64,000 nt of DNA from Orbicella franksi (taxonomy: Eukaryota): contig OZ116699.1 in assembly GCA_964199315.1 (NCBI GenBank), positions 21,452,001 through 21,516,000 on the forward strand, in the 5' to 3' direction. The notes below the pieces were generated by a model. That model had not been told where the DNA came from. It ran no database searches and saw nothing but the letters and a program-made list of their open reading frames with translations. Numbering within the stretch: position 1 is the stretch's first letter; each line of letters opens with the position of its first letter. This document shows, piece after piece, positions 1 to 10,530 of this stretch. The translations under genes were made by a program, and so were the position numbers.

Positions 1-566
1 TTTCCCGCCATTTTTTCTCTTTTTATTTATTCAGAACTTTATAGACCTATATAGGTCTACGTGCTACATAATGAAAATACAGTAAGGAGCGCTGGATTTA
101 TAATTAATAACAAACGTTGAAATAATGAATAAAATCGGGAAATTGATCCTTGCGGCAGGGAATGACGTCAAAAAATTAAATAAATACAATTGCAATTTTT
201 TTTTGAAGCTCACAGTTTTTTTGTTTTTTTTTTCTATTTGCGTTTAGTCTTCATCTTCTCTCCCTGCCGTAGGGAACAATTTCCAGTTTTATTTTACTTC
301 AGTTTTGAGTCTGATCGACCTCAACATGCAACACGTACCTCTTTACTCTCGGGGTCTCCTTGGGGCCGGCATTTAGCGTTGTGTGACGACCCCGAAGAGT
401 CTCCACTAGCCCCTCCCTTGAAAGAAGCCAACTGCGTCAGCCTCGATCTCAAACAGGTAATGGCGTGGGTATCCTTCCTCTCAAGTTTCGACACAGAGGA
501 CACAGAGTGTTTTAGCGACTTGAGACGACCTGAGCTTGAACATCCGGTCACAAACATGCTGTAAAG
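1..566 (+). promoter_or_regulatory. Putative promoter and non-coding 5' exon of the C2H2 zinc-finger gene
   Basis: E2F-like TTTCCCGC at 1-8 and CRE palindrome TGACGTCA at 163-170. Strong donor AAG|GTGAGT at 566/567 that could join the acceptor TTTTTCAG| at 6740/6741 just ahead of the ZNF ATG. The link across 6 kb is inferred. Confidence 0.4.
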
Positions 567-2466
567 GTGAGTTCCTTAGTAATATAGTGTTATACTTAGA
601 CACTGTATCGGTAAACTGGGTTCAGTTTTTCCTGAAAACGTATTCAGGTGCAGTTTGGGAGAGCTATGTGTGTTGGTATTCACCCACTCGAACAATCAAC
701 AAGGAAAATCGATACCCAGAAAATCGGTCGTGGATAGTTTTAGTTAGTATGTAAAATGGTAATCTTAAGTGAATCAAGAATTCAAAGAAACTTATTCGAG
801 CCGCTTTTTTCTCCTACTTGTTTGCGGTATCGACTGTCTCATAATTTATCTGTCAGGAAATGGTGTCCATAGCTATGCATGTACGTGACTACAACACTTG
901 TGTGAGTTCATTCGGCTAACGTCATTGCAATCTTTTGTCCTTTTATGAGGCTTGCTGGTGCAGTCTTAACTAAATTGAAAGAGTTTCTTTGACGTATCAG
1001 GAATCTGCAGATTCCACCTAGGTTTTGACACTATCTTGTCCATGTTAACCAAAATTCTGACTTTCATATTTGACCTTTCTTTAGATTTGTTGCTTGTTCG
1101 CATTTTTAAAATATGTAGGACTTCTCCACCATCTTTTCTCTCTCACTTCATTTCGAATAGAGCCGTAGTATTCTTAGTAAGATTACATTTGTAATTTAGT
1201 GCTCCAAATAGGTCAGATATTTTAATGTCAGCAGTAACTTTGAATTTGTTTCAAAATAAGCATGTATCAAATTATAATTGTATAGAGGAGAAACAGCCGT
1301 ATGTTTTGGAATGAAATCTGTCTTACATTTTCGGAGGGGAAATATGTCCATGCTTTTCACCACCTTGTAACAAATTGAATCTCAGATCAGTGCAAAGTGC
1401 ATTTTATTAATTTTTTGCTGTAATTTATTTATTTATTTATTATGATCCATACTTTTGATTGGAGGGTCAGGTGCTTTGCATGTGGCTCTGGAAACATGTT
1501 ACTGACTTTACATTATGTTTTTTCTTAATTTGATGAAGGGAATTGAAATAGCCACTTAATATTTACATTACTTGATGTAAAGACTTCAGTGAGAATTTGA
1601 AAGCACTTCAAAGTCACGTTTATGTTTGTTTTCAGTGAAAAATTTTAATAAAGTTTTTGACTGAATTTTCTGCTACTGCTCAGTGAGAGTAGATTTTTTT
1701 GATAACAGTGAGAGAACAGACCTTATATGATTTATTTTCATTAGTCTCAGAGTGCATCTTGTTTCCAGTTTACCAGATATGGCAGGTTTGAAACTTCTGC
1801 TCTCCAGTCTTGGAATAATTTACTTTGCGCTTTGCAAAATCAGCATAAACAAATTAAATCAATGTTATCAACCACTGATTCACTAAATTCGTAAACAGGT
1901 TCAGTCATATTAAGGAAGGTCACAATAGTTTATAGGGGAAATTTGTTGTGTAGGTGTGAAATAAAGATAGTACATACAGTATTCATTCAAGAGGTGGCAT
2001 TGTATACCATTTAGTTTTGTGGCACAAAGTAATATCTTTTCAGCATCTTGTGCCATAGCTTGGGGCTAAAGGATTTTGCAGTTTGTCCAATGGACTCTAT
2101 CCTTTGTTTTCCTGATGGGGAATTTAAGTTTTTCAGGAAAATATTTTCGTAATTTTAAACTACAGAAGTACCATAAGAGATGAAATTATTGTATCAGTTA
2201 TATTGTAATTTAGTTCATGATGATTGTAAAACATTGGAGGGGGTCTGTGAGAATGACAACTGGTCTAAGCAAGCTCAAAGATGGGTTTGCTTTGCACCCT
2301 GTTTTTATCAGTGACTTCTGATTTGTTTAAATCTGTACATTACTGGCCATGATGTATAATTTTGTCACCAGTACTGGGATAATTAAATAGCCCAGTACCT
2401 CTGTATATGTAGAAGACCACACAGCTTATTTTGCATTATGTAAGAAAACCATTCTATACTGTACAT

Positions 2467-3575
2467 CAGGGTCCGAAATTAACTTTTTTAGGCAGGCGCC
2501 AACTGGTGACTGAAATTTTTTTTTCAGTCGCCATAGGGAAAAATTTGGTCGCCAAAAAGTGTCAATAAAATTTTTCCTTCACAGCGAAACACAAACCAAA
2601 ATTTTTGGTGGCCAGATGGAAAATTCTGGTCGCCAATATTTCTTTCAAGAATCAAAACGAAGAGAACGCATTTGGGGCCTCAATGTCGATTTTTCCGCTA
2701 ACGAATAAGATTAAATACAAACATGCTGATTATTTATACACCTACCACTGAAAAACCAAGACGAATGAATCAAATGCTGGCCATATACGCAGTTTTGTGT
2801 GACTGCCAAATGTTTCAAGTCAACTTTATACCTTTTCTTGTCTCTACCTTTTGGAGAAGAAATGTACCCGACTGAAAAACTGGCGTTTGGTTCTTTGCTC
2901 TATGTTCAAAACGATTTTTTCCTTTCGCGTTCTGTCAAGACCACCCATGAAAATTTGTCTTTCCATTGGGGGTAGAAACTTGCGTTTAGCTGACGACTTT
3001 TTGATTGGATGGTTTCCTTCCCGCCCGTCCATCTCGTTCTTGCCGGCAAAATATTTGCAATGGATGTCATCAGGATTCAAACCAGTGCTGAAATCATCTT
3101 TTGACCACTTTGACAGACGCCCAGAGAATATCTAAATCTTCAACTAATCTCTCCGCGGATGTTCTGTCTCCACTTTGTAATAAATTATGGAAAGATTTCA
3201 GAACATCTTTGGACACCACATCGACAGGATAAATATTCATGACCAAAGAACGCACGGCCTCTTGCGCCCGCAATACGTATGTTACGGGAAACCGCTGAAG
3301 AAACACGATGGCAAGGCTTCGCAATGATCGTGACTGTGAAAACAGGAAAATTGGTTTTATACTTCAAAAGCAGCGGAAAGGTAAAAAGTGGCCAATTGGT
3401 GGGTGGCTTTGAATTTTATTTTAATCGATTTGGCTGAAAATCAAAGTTATTGTTTGTATAATTATTGTGGCATGAAATAGTTAATTGCCTGCTGGCGACC
3501 AGTTGTGAAATTCTGGTTGCCAGTGCAAAACTTTTAGTCACATTGGCAACCAGCAAAGCGCAATTTCGGACCCTG
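2467..3575 (-). mobile_element. Non-autonomous hAT-like DNA transposon with 5-bp TSD and decayed TTF-type zinc-finger relic
   Basis: 14-bp perfect TIR CAGGGTCCGAAATT (2467-2480) / AATTTCGGACCCTG (3562-3575), flanked by TACAT on both sides (2462-2466, 3576-3580). The minus strand around 2850-3000 reads, with one frameshift and stops, KRKFLP/QWKDKFSWV...F*T*..., resembling the hAT-associated TTF zinc finger. Confidence 0.8.
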
Positions 3576-5984
3576 TACATGTATTTACAATTGCATAGCA
3601 GGCGTGGTAGTAGTAAGTATTACCCAGTGATTGATAGTACTTTAACTCACATTCTGATTAGTTTTCGTAATATTATTATTGCCCTCGATTGTGTTCAGTT
3701 TTTTGTGCATCAGTACTGAAAAGTATCAGTACACTATACAGCTGTAACTGGCAGTAAATCAGTACTTTCATTATTTTATTTAGCCAGTAGGTTTGTAAAT
3801 AGTCTGCTAAAACAAGTACATTGTAACAGACTGAGTTTGACTGTTAGCTAGGAGCTTTGCTCCTTGTCAGCTACATGTATCAGAGTGTACGGTTTAGTGC
3901 AAGGAATTTCTTCATGGTCATAATTTTGTTTCGTTTCTTAGACAGTTGAAGTTTTTTTCAGGGGCTCTCTCTTTGCAACTGGCTAAAATTCTGTCAATAA
4001 TCTCTTTCCTTTTGAATGGGAATATTTGCAAAAGGTACTCTAAGATGAAAGTATTGTGCTTTGTTCATTGCTGGCCTAGGGTAGAACACACCCAAGGACT
4101 ACAAAAACAAACATAGCACTGATTAATACAGTACTGTAATCATTTTGTTTGCTCTATGCAAGTTATATTTATTTAAGCTATTTTTCGGCTTAAAATGATG
4201 CAGGGTGTTGAAGGTTTTAGTCTTCAGTTGCAATGGTACAACAATGTATTTCAGAAAAAGTCAAGATGCAAAGACATTTTTCAGCTTGCTTACTGCCCAT
4301 TACAATGAGAACCTGGTTAAACGCAGCACATGTGTTGTAAGTCAAAAAACAGAATGCTCAATTTCCAGTTTCTTAGACTACACAATTTTGAACTGTTTGT
4401 TTTTAGTGATTTCATTTCATGGAAATTTGGAAGAAAATACTTCACAAAATATCTTTGTCCCACTTTGCCACTGACTCTACAAATACCTTAGCAGTGGTTT
4501 TCGATATAAAATTTCCATACAGTATCGTAAATGAACACTTGCTCAAATGATAAAAATCAGATACTGACAGCTGATCATAAATTCAGTTTTTTGACCTGAG
4601 TAGCAGAGACTTCTCTGGCATTGAACCATTCTTACAGATAATGCTTGAAGCCTCCAAGCCGTCAATCAATTCATGGAAAAAATATGACAAGGGATTGCCA
4701 CATTTGAAAATTGATGGACGTGCCTTTGACACAAACTCTCAAAGGGCCTCTGAATTGCTGTATGAAACTATTACAGTCTCTCTTTTCACTCATCTTTTGA
4801 CGCCCGTGCTACTCGTGGCTCATGGCTTGGCCACTCGTATCCGCTCATTCCCTCAGTTTTTTGCATTCTTCCCCACAGATTTTTAAGCAAAAGACAATGC
4901 TCCCAGTATAAGCATTCATAGGCTGCCAAGAGAAAACTCTTAATGGCTATCAAGAAAAATTTGAGGAGTTTTAAATTAGATGAGTGAACACAGGTCACCG
5001 AAACACATGAGGGGTTAGAGAGATTTAGGCAAAATGAGAGCAAGCATTAAAATGTTTTGAAACTCTGTCATTCTCATTCTCTGTCGACTTGTGGATGAAA
5101 AACCTATTCTGTGCACACACATACAGTCATGTCTCAAGCAATTTTTAACAAAAGTTCATACTCTGCCTTTGGAATTCTCAGTAAAGACATTGAAAATTAA
5201 TTCTTTTTTTAGAGCCCTGGAAAACTCCTTGAAAATTCTTTTTCCTTTACCTACTCCTGAAAAACTCCTAACATTTTCCACAAACACTTGGTAAGTCAGC
5301 TGCTCTAGAAGTGTTGATTAATTTTGTTTCAAAAGTTTACAACATTTGATTTCCTAACCATGGGTGCAGGAATTTCTTATACATAACATGGAAAAATACT
5401 GGAAAATCCCTGAAATTTGTCTTCTCTTTGATAGCAAACTCTGTTAAGAAAACAAGACCATTGCTCTTACAATTGTAGGTTTTCCTTGATGTAAATGCAG
5501 TTTTGACTGTTCAAAGTCATGCTCATTAAGGTACTTTCCCAAACTGTAAAGCCATTATTATTGTAGTAAGGCACCCTCCATGTAAATTCTCTGTTGAAAA
5601 TGGATTTTCCAGTAAGTACAATTTACATAAACCAATATCGATTGCCTTTGGTTGCTTGGCTATTATGCTTTTCACATGTATTTTGCATATGAATGCAGTA
5701 AATATTTATTATTTGCCTAGTGGGCTTTCCTGGGAGGTTGGGTCACCCTGGGAACATGCCTACACATGGGCATGGGTGTGGTGTAGGATTTTTTGATTTT
5801 GACACCATTTTCTATCCCTGGATAGGGGGATTGGGTGGTTTCAGAAACTGCAGGCAGCATCTCAGAATTCTGAAGGAGAGGGGGAGGTCTATAGACTCCA
5901 TAGACCTTGTAGTCTTTCCCTTTTAACTGTACCTATAGATATGATCCCCTCATCCCTTAAAAGACTGCAGCCCTAGGACAGACG

Positions 5985-6088
5985 GCAAAGTGTCTTGCCC
6001 AGGAACACAATTTGTAATAAATCCCAGCCAGGATGTGAATCTGGACCCCTTGATCTGGAGTCCAGCACATTAACCATTAGACCACTGC
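5985..6088 (-). mobile_element. tRNA-derived SINE fragment
   Basis: The minus strand begins CAGTGGTCTAATGGTTAATGTGCTGGACTCCAGATCAAGGGGTCCAGATTCACATCC (degenerate A and B boxes, tRNA-like head), followed by the ...CCTGGGCAAGACACT body typical of invertebrate SINE2 elements. Confidence 0.65.
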
Positions 6089-6138
6089 CCCTCTTACAAG
6101 TGAGGACAACCATACACACCACAACCATATTATTACTT

Positions 6139-6620
6139 ATGCCATATCATACCATACCCTGCAATACCATACCATCTCNNNNNNNNNNNNNNNNNNNNNN
6201 NNNNNNNNNNNNNNNNNNNNNNNNNNNNNNNNNNNNNNNNNNNNNNNNNNNNNNNNNNNNNNNNNNNNNNNNNNNNNNNNNNNNNNNNNNNNNNNNNNNN
6301 NNNNNNNNNNNNNNNNTGTCATGCCATGCTATACAATGCTGTGTCATGTCCATGCTATGCCATGTCATGCCATGCCATGCTGTGTCGTGTCATACCATAC
6401 CATGCCATGTCATACCATGCCATGCTATGCGGTACCATTTGTCATGCCATGCTATACAGTACTGTGTCATGTCGATGCTATGCCATGTCATGCCATGCCA
6501 TGCCATGTCATGTCATTCCATACCATGCCATATCATGCCATACCATGCTATGCGGTACCGTTTGTCATGCCATGCTATACAATACTCTGTCATGTCCATG
6601 CTATGCCATGTCATGCCATA
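6139..6620. repeat. (CCATG/CCATA)n pentamer satellite with 123-bp higher-order unit, interrupted by an assembly gap
   Basis: Degenerate CATGC/CATAC pentamers. The unit start TGTCATGCCATGCTATACA recurs at 6317, 6440 and 6563 (period 123). The N run spans 6179-6316. Confidence 0.9.
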
Positions 6621-6766
6621 TCAACTTCATTCATCAGAAGTAACTTTTGTAAACTGTAGGTTATTGAGGTTTCGTTTGACTTGAAGGTAATTTTGTCAAA
6701 TCCAGAGTTCTTTAGCACCAACCTCTGTTTTATTTTTCAGGTGTGAAGACCAAGTGTATTCCATCT

Positions 6767-8794
6767 ATGGACAAACCTACCCAACCCTCAACAAGTAATT
6801 CCAACAATCGCAGTCAAGGTCATCATTTGCATAATGCTAACTCTGCCGCGACCTCAGGGCATCAGAGTAAGAAGGGCTCGGGAAAAGTCCACTACTACCA
6901 GTGTGCTAACTGTGAAAAGGCCTTTCTGTACAAATCAAAACTGCTTCTTCACGAGATAACCCACAGTGGAGAAAGGCCTTTTAAGTGTGCAAGTTGTGAC
7001 AAGACGTACAAGAGGGAGTCGGAGCTTGTGGTTCATCAGAGGGTTCACACCGGAGAGCGACCCTTTCGTTGCAGAAAATGCGAGAAGGCATTCAAAACAA
7101 AATCAGAGCTTGTGGTGCATGATAGGTTTCACACTGGTGAAAGGCCTTACAAATGTCTCCATTGTGAAAAATCCTTCAGAACAGCTTCCGAGCTTGGTTT
7201 ACACAACAAGGTCACTTCAGGTGAAAGGTCTTTCAGATGTGCCAAATGTGACAGGGGTTTCTTTCGGCAGGCCGATCTCACCATTCATGAACGAAATCAT
7301 TGCGGAGAGAAGCCCTACAAATGCAACCATTGTGAAAGAAGCTTCAGGACTGAAGCCGAACAAGCAAAACACGAGAAGAATCACAGCATCGTCAAGCTTG
7401 TTAAATGTACAGTCTGTGACAAGTCATTTAAATCAAAAGACCACCTTGAAGCCCACGCAAAAACTCACGTCGTCGAGAAGCGTTTCGATTGTTCGACATG
7501 TTCACTGTCCTTTGGCACATCAGCCGAGCTCTCGGCTCACAACGACACTCACGCTGGGAAAAGGCTTTACAAGTGTTCTCAGTGTGATAAATCTTTTGCT
7601 TTCAAGTCCAAACTCTTTCAGCACTGGGTGATTCACACCGGGGAGAGACCTTTTAAATGCGTCCAGTGCAATAAGTCTTACGGAAGGAAGTCAGAACTCG
7701 TAGTACATCAAAGAATACATACAGGTGAAAAACCTTTCAAGTGTACTAGCTGTGAAAAGTGCTTCAAAACAACATCAGAACTGGTCGTGCACTGCAGAAC
7801 TCACACTGGTGAAAAGCCGTACAAGTGCACCTATTGTGAGAAGCAATTCAAGACTGCATCTGAGCTTGGCGTCCACAGAAGAAGCCACATCGGCGACAAG
7901 CCATTTTCCTGCACTCGATGTGAAATGTCGTTCAAGCGAATGGCTGATCTTAACACTCACAAAAGATTTCATTTGATCGATTTGCCATTCACTTGCCAAC
8001 TTTGTGTCATGGCGTTTGGAACCGCCTCAGAACTTGCCATCCACGAGCAATTGCACAGCTCCATTCTGCAAAACAGCTTGAATCAGAATGGAGGGGTACA
8101 AGGTTCAGAAGTTGGACTAGCGTCTCAGACTAACGGACAGCCTTCTGTGCAAGGGCTCATTTCCGATCAAATGTTGAATTTTGGCCAAGGACTCAAGATG
8201 GCGCAGCTCTCTGTAGCTGACAACAAGGCGGATGCTTCTGAAGACCGTAAACATGTCCGAGCCAATGGAAAACTGCACAATGGCGAGCCAGATCTTGACA
8301 TGAACAAGCTCATGAAAATTGTGAACAAACCATTCAAATGCAGCCAGTGTGGCAAAGCTTTTGTTTCCACCACCGAGTTGGCCGGGCACGTAAGAATTCA
8401 CACTGGTCAAAGACCATTCAAGTGCAGTCAGTGCGACAATTGCTACAGGACGCAGTCAACACTTTCCGTCCACATGAAGAGCCATGAGAAGGAAAAGCGC
8501 TACAAATGTACCTACTGTGAGGTGACGTGCCCAACGCTCTCCAAACTGTACGATCATTACATGCTTCATCAATCGGAGAAGCCTCCTGAAGGTTCACAAC
8601 CAAACAACCACTGCGCTCAAGAACGGGTGATCCGCATAGACGATGACGATATTCTACCATTTAGATGTTGGGTCTGCCAAAAACGTTTCAGTGACCAGTC
8701 GGCTTTAGATCATCACATTAGTTTACATCGAGACAGGAGTAGTACCCTTGAATCGTGTGTTAAGAAGTTGAAAAGCTCCATTGCAGAAAAATGA
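6767..8794 (+). CDS. C2H2 (Kruppel-type) zinc-finger protein, 18 fingers, 675 aa, single coding exon
   Basis: The ORF has 14 tandem CxxC-x12-HxxxH fingers with TGEKP/TGERP-type linkers (finger 4 has lost its second His), then a spacer, 3 more fingers and one isolated C-terminal finger. The first ATG is at 6767, just after a splice acceptor at 6740; the track start at 6743 is a GTG. Confidence 0.95.
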   Translation: MDKPTQPSTSNSNNRSQGHHLHNANSAATSGHQSKKGSGKVHYYQCANCEKAFLYKSKLLLHEITHSGERPFKCASCDKTYKRESELVVHQRVHTGERPFRCRKCEKAFKTKSELVVHDRFHTGERPYKCLHCEKSFRTASELGLHNKVTSGERSFRCAKCDRGFFRQADLTIHERNHCGEKPYKCNHCERSFRTEAEQAKHEKNHSIVKLVKCTVCDKSFKSKDHLEAHAKTHVVEKRFDCSTCSLSFGTSAELSAHNDTHAGKRLYKCSQCDKSFAFKSKLFQHWVIHTGERPFKCVQCNKSYGRKSELVVHQRIHTGEKPFKCTSCEKCFKTTSELVVHCRTHTGEKPYKCTYCEKQFKTASELGVHRRSHIGDKPFSCTRCEMSFKRMADLNTHKRFHLIDLPFTCQLCVMAFGTASELAIHEQLHSSILQNSLNQNGGVQGSEVGLASQTNGQPSVQGLISDQMLNFGQGLKMAQLSVADNKADASEDRKHVRANGKLHNGEPDLDMNKLMKIVNKPFKCSQCGKAFVSTTELAGHVRIHTGQRPFKCSQCDNCYRTQSTLSVHMKSHEKEKRYKCTYCEVTCPTLSKLYDHYMLHQSEKPPEGSQPNNHCAQERVIRIDDDDILPFRCWVCQKRFSDQSALDHHISLHRDRSSTLESCVKKLKSSIAEK

Positions 8795-9018
8795 CGAGGA
8801 GATAATGACGTTCCCAGAGTATAGTGGTCACCAAAGTCGCAAAGCGCACAATAGAGCACTGGAAAACTTTTCAAGTGCATGATTGTGTTCTTTTGGTAGA
8901 CACGAGACTACTGAGCTGGCAATTGAATCCTTTGTCCAAAATGAGACAAAAGCAGGTTTGTTTAGTTCTAGATGATGAATTGCTTTGAATTTCGTCTTGA
9001 CTGCGAGCAGGCTCTTTA

Positions 9019-9290
9019 AAAACAATTATTCCACGGGCGCGTTGGATATGAGATGATAGATAGTCAACGAGGCGCGTAGTTGGCTATAATCAGCTCATAT
9101 CCAACCAGCGCGAGTGAAGTAGTCGTTTTATTAAAAACGCCCCCAAAATAAAGAAAACTAAAAATTACGACCCAAAAATTACGCGTACGCTTACCATATT
9201 TGTAGAGCATGGTATAATGGCTCACATAACATGATGGCTAAGCCAATGAAAATTCTTGAATTGGATTATCCAATGGTCTAGTTTGTAATA
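9019..9290. mobile_element. Palindromic MITE-like repeat (possibly a non-autonomous Crypton-type element)
   Basis: Imperfect hairpin GTTGGATATGAG...CTCATATCCAAC around a partly deleted core CGAGGCGCGTAG (9068-9079). The family assignment is from recall only. Confidence 0.5.
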
Positions 9291-10145
9291 AGTCTTATTA
9301 TCTATAGTATTTCTTGAGAGTGTAGCGACGACTGTTGGTCAAATATTGCGAACGTTACTCGCGCGCGGTGGATCTGAGCCGGGAAAAAGTTGAGAGACTG
9401 CTCGTAACCTAAATTACGTCAGTGAATTTCTAGTCTTGTGACATAACAAAATGCGGTAGATATTTTTTTACATGGCAGTGAAATCTTGTGGATATACAAA
9501 TCGGTAATATTATGATTGCTTGATTTACAATTATGTTATTATTATCTTTTTTGAATTCACGGGAAACAACAGCAAGTTACGGCTGCTGAAGATTGGTCCT
9601 GTTAATCCTGTCATTTACTTTTTGGCAATTTTTTTTGTGACAAAAGACGAATAACAGATAGACAAAACATATTATAGGCTCGATTACCAACCGCTGTTCA
9701 GGAAAGGAGACCGGACACGAGAGAGCGGCGGAAATCGAGCCTAAACATATTATGGATAACAAAAAAGAAGGACCTTGACCTTAAGGGTGTCGGAGTGTGT
9801 ACGAGTGTGTACGAGTGTGTACGCCTTTCTCTTTAGCTCTTCCAGCGAAGACAATGTAAGGAAATTAACAAAAATTGAATATCGATTTCCAGCAATTTGG
9901 AAATTTTATATGCTTACCTCGATTCTGTTTAGAATGTAAGAAGCTTCGCCGCAATATTTCCGAAGCGGGACAGGTACACCATAGTTAGCATAGTAACTAT
10001 GGTTACACTAGGTACTACGGTAGTTTATTTTCTATGAAAAATGCTGCTTTAAGTTTTAAGTGGCTCTTTCTACCTACATGTAATAGTGTTGCAGCGAAAA
10101 ACGTCTTGATAAATTGTATTGCTAGTATTATATTGTTTATAAGAA

Positions 10146-10530
10146 TTAATGGTGCTTCTATTAAACAATTAGATTATGAGCTGGAGATTTCAACTATCGC
10201 GTGATAGTTGACAAGGGCACAGCCCGAGTCAACGATCGCGCGATAGAAATCGAGAGCGAATAATCTAATTGTTTTAGTATAAATCTACTAGTCGTTCAAC
10301 ACTTAATCTAAATCCTCTTCACAGACTCTTCGAAAACGCCAAGAAGCGGCCGTCATTTTGTTAGCAAGGGCACACTGCTACGCTACTCACTATCTATCAG
10401 AGAATAGATAGTGAGTAGCGTAGCCAATCAGAGAACGGCACTCGTGGTAGAAAGCCAGAAGATTTATACTAATAGCAATTGGGTAGGAGAGCACAGTATT
10501 TCAATACTAATTATTACAATTTTGTATACA
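10146..10530. mobile_element. Palindromic MITE-like repeat with two hairpins
   Basis: Hairpin ACAATTAGATTAT...ATAATCTAATTGT around the core GACAAGGGCACAGCCCGAGTC (10210-10230), and a second hairpin GCTACGCTACTCACTATCTAT/ATAGATAGTGAGTAGCGTAGC near 10376-10423. A related copy lies on the opposite strand at about 44970-45290. Confidence 0.6.

Noticed and set aside
42-59. 18-bp perfect palindrome TAGACCTATATAGGTCTA
   Set aside because: Real but isolated; no associated structure or function can be supported.
190-564. 124-aa ORF as a standalone gene
   Set aside because: It starts at a TTG in a T-rich tract, has no recognisable domain, and splicing from its in-frame donor (456) to the ZNF acceptor gives an immediate stop.
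5995-6684. Cys/His/Met-rich ORFs (metallothionein-like look)
   Set aside because: They are translations of the CATGC pentamer satellite and an N gap.
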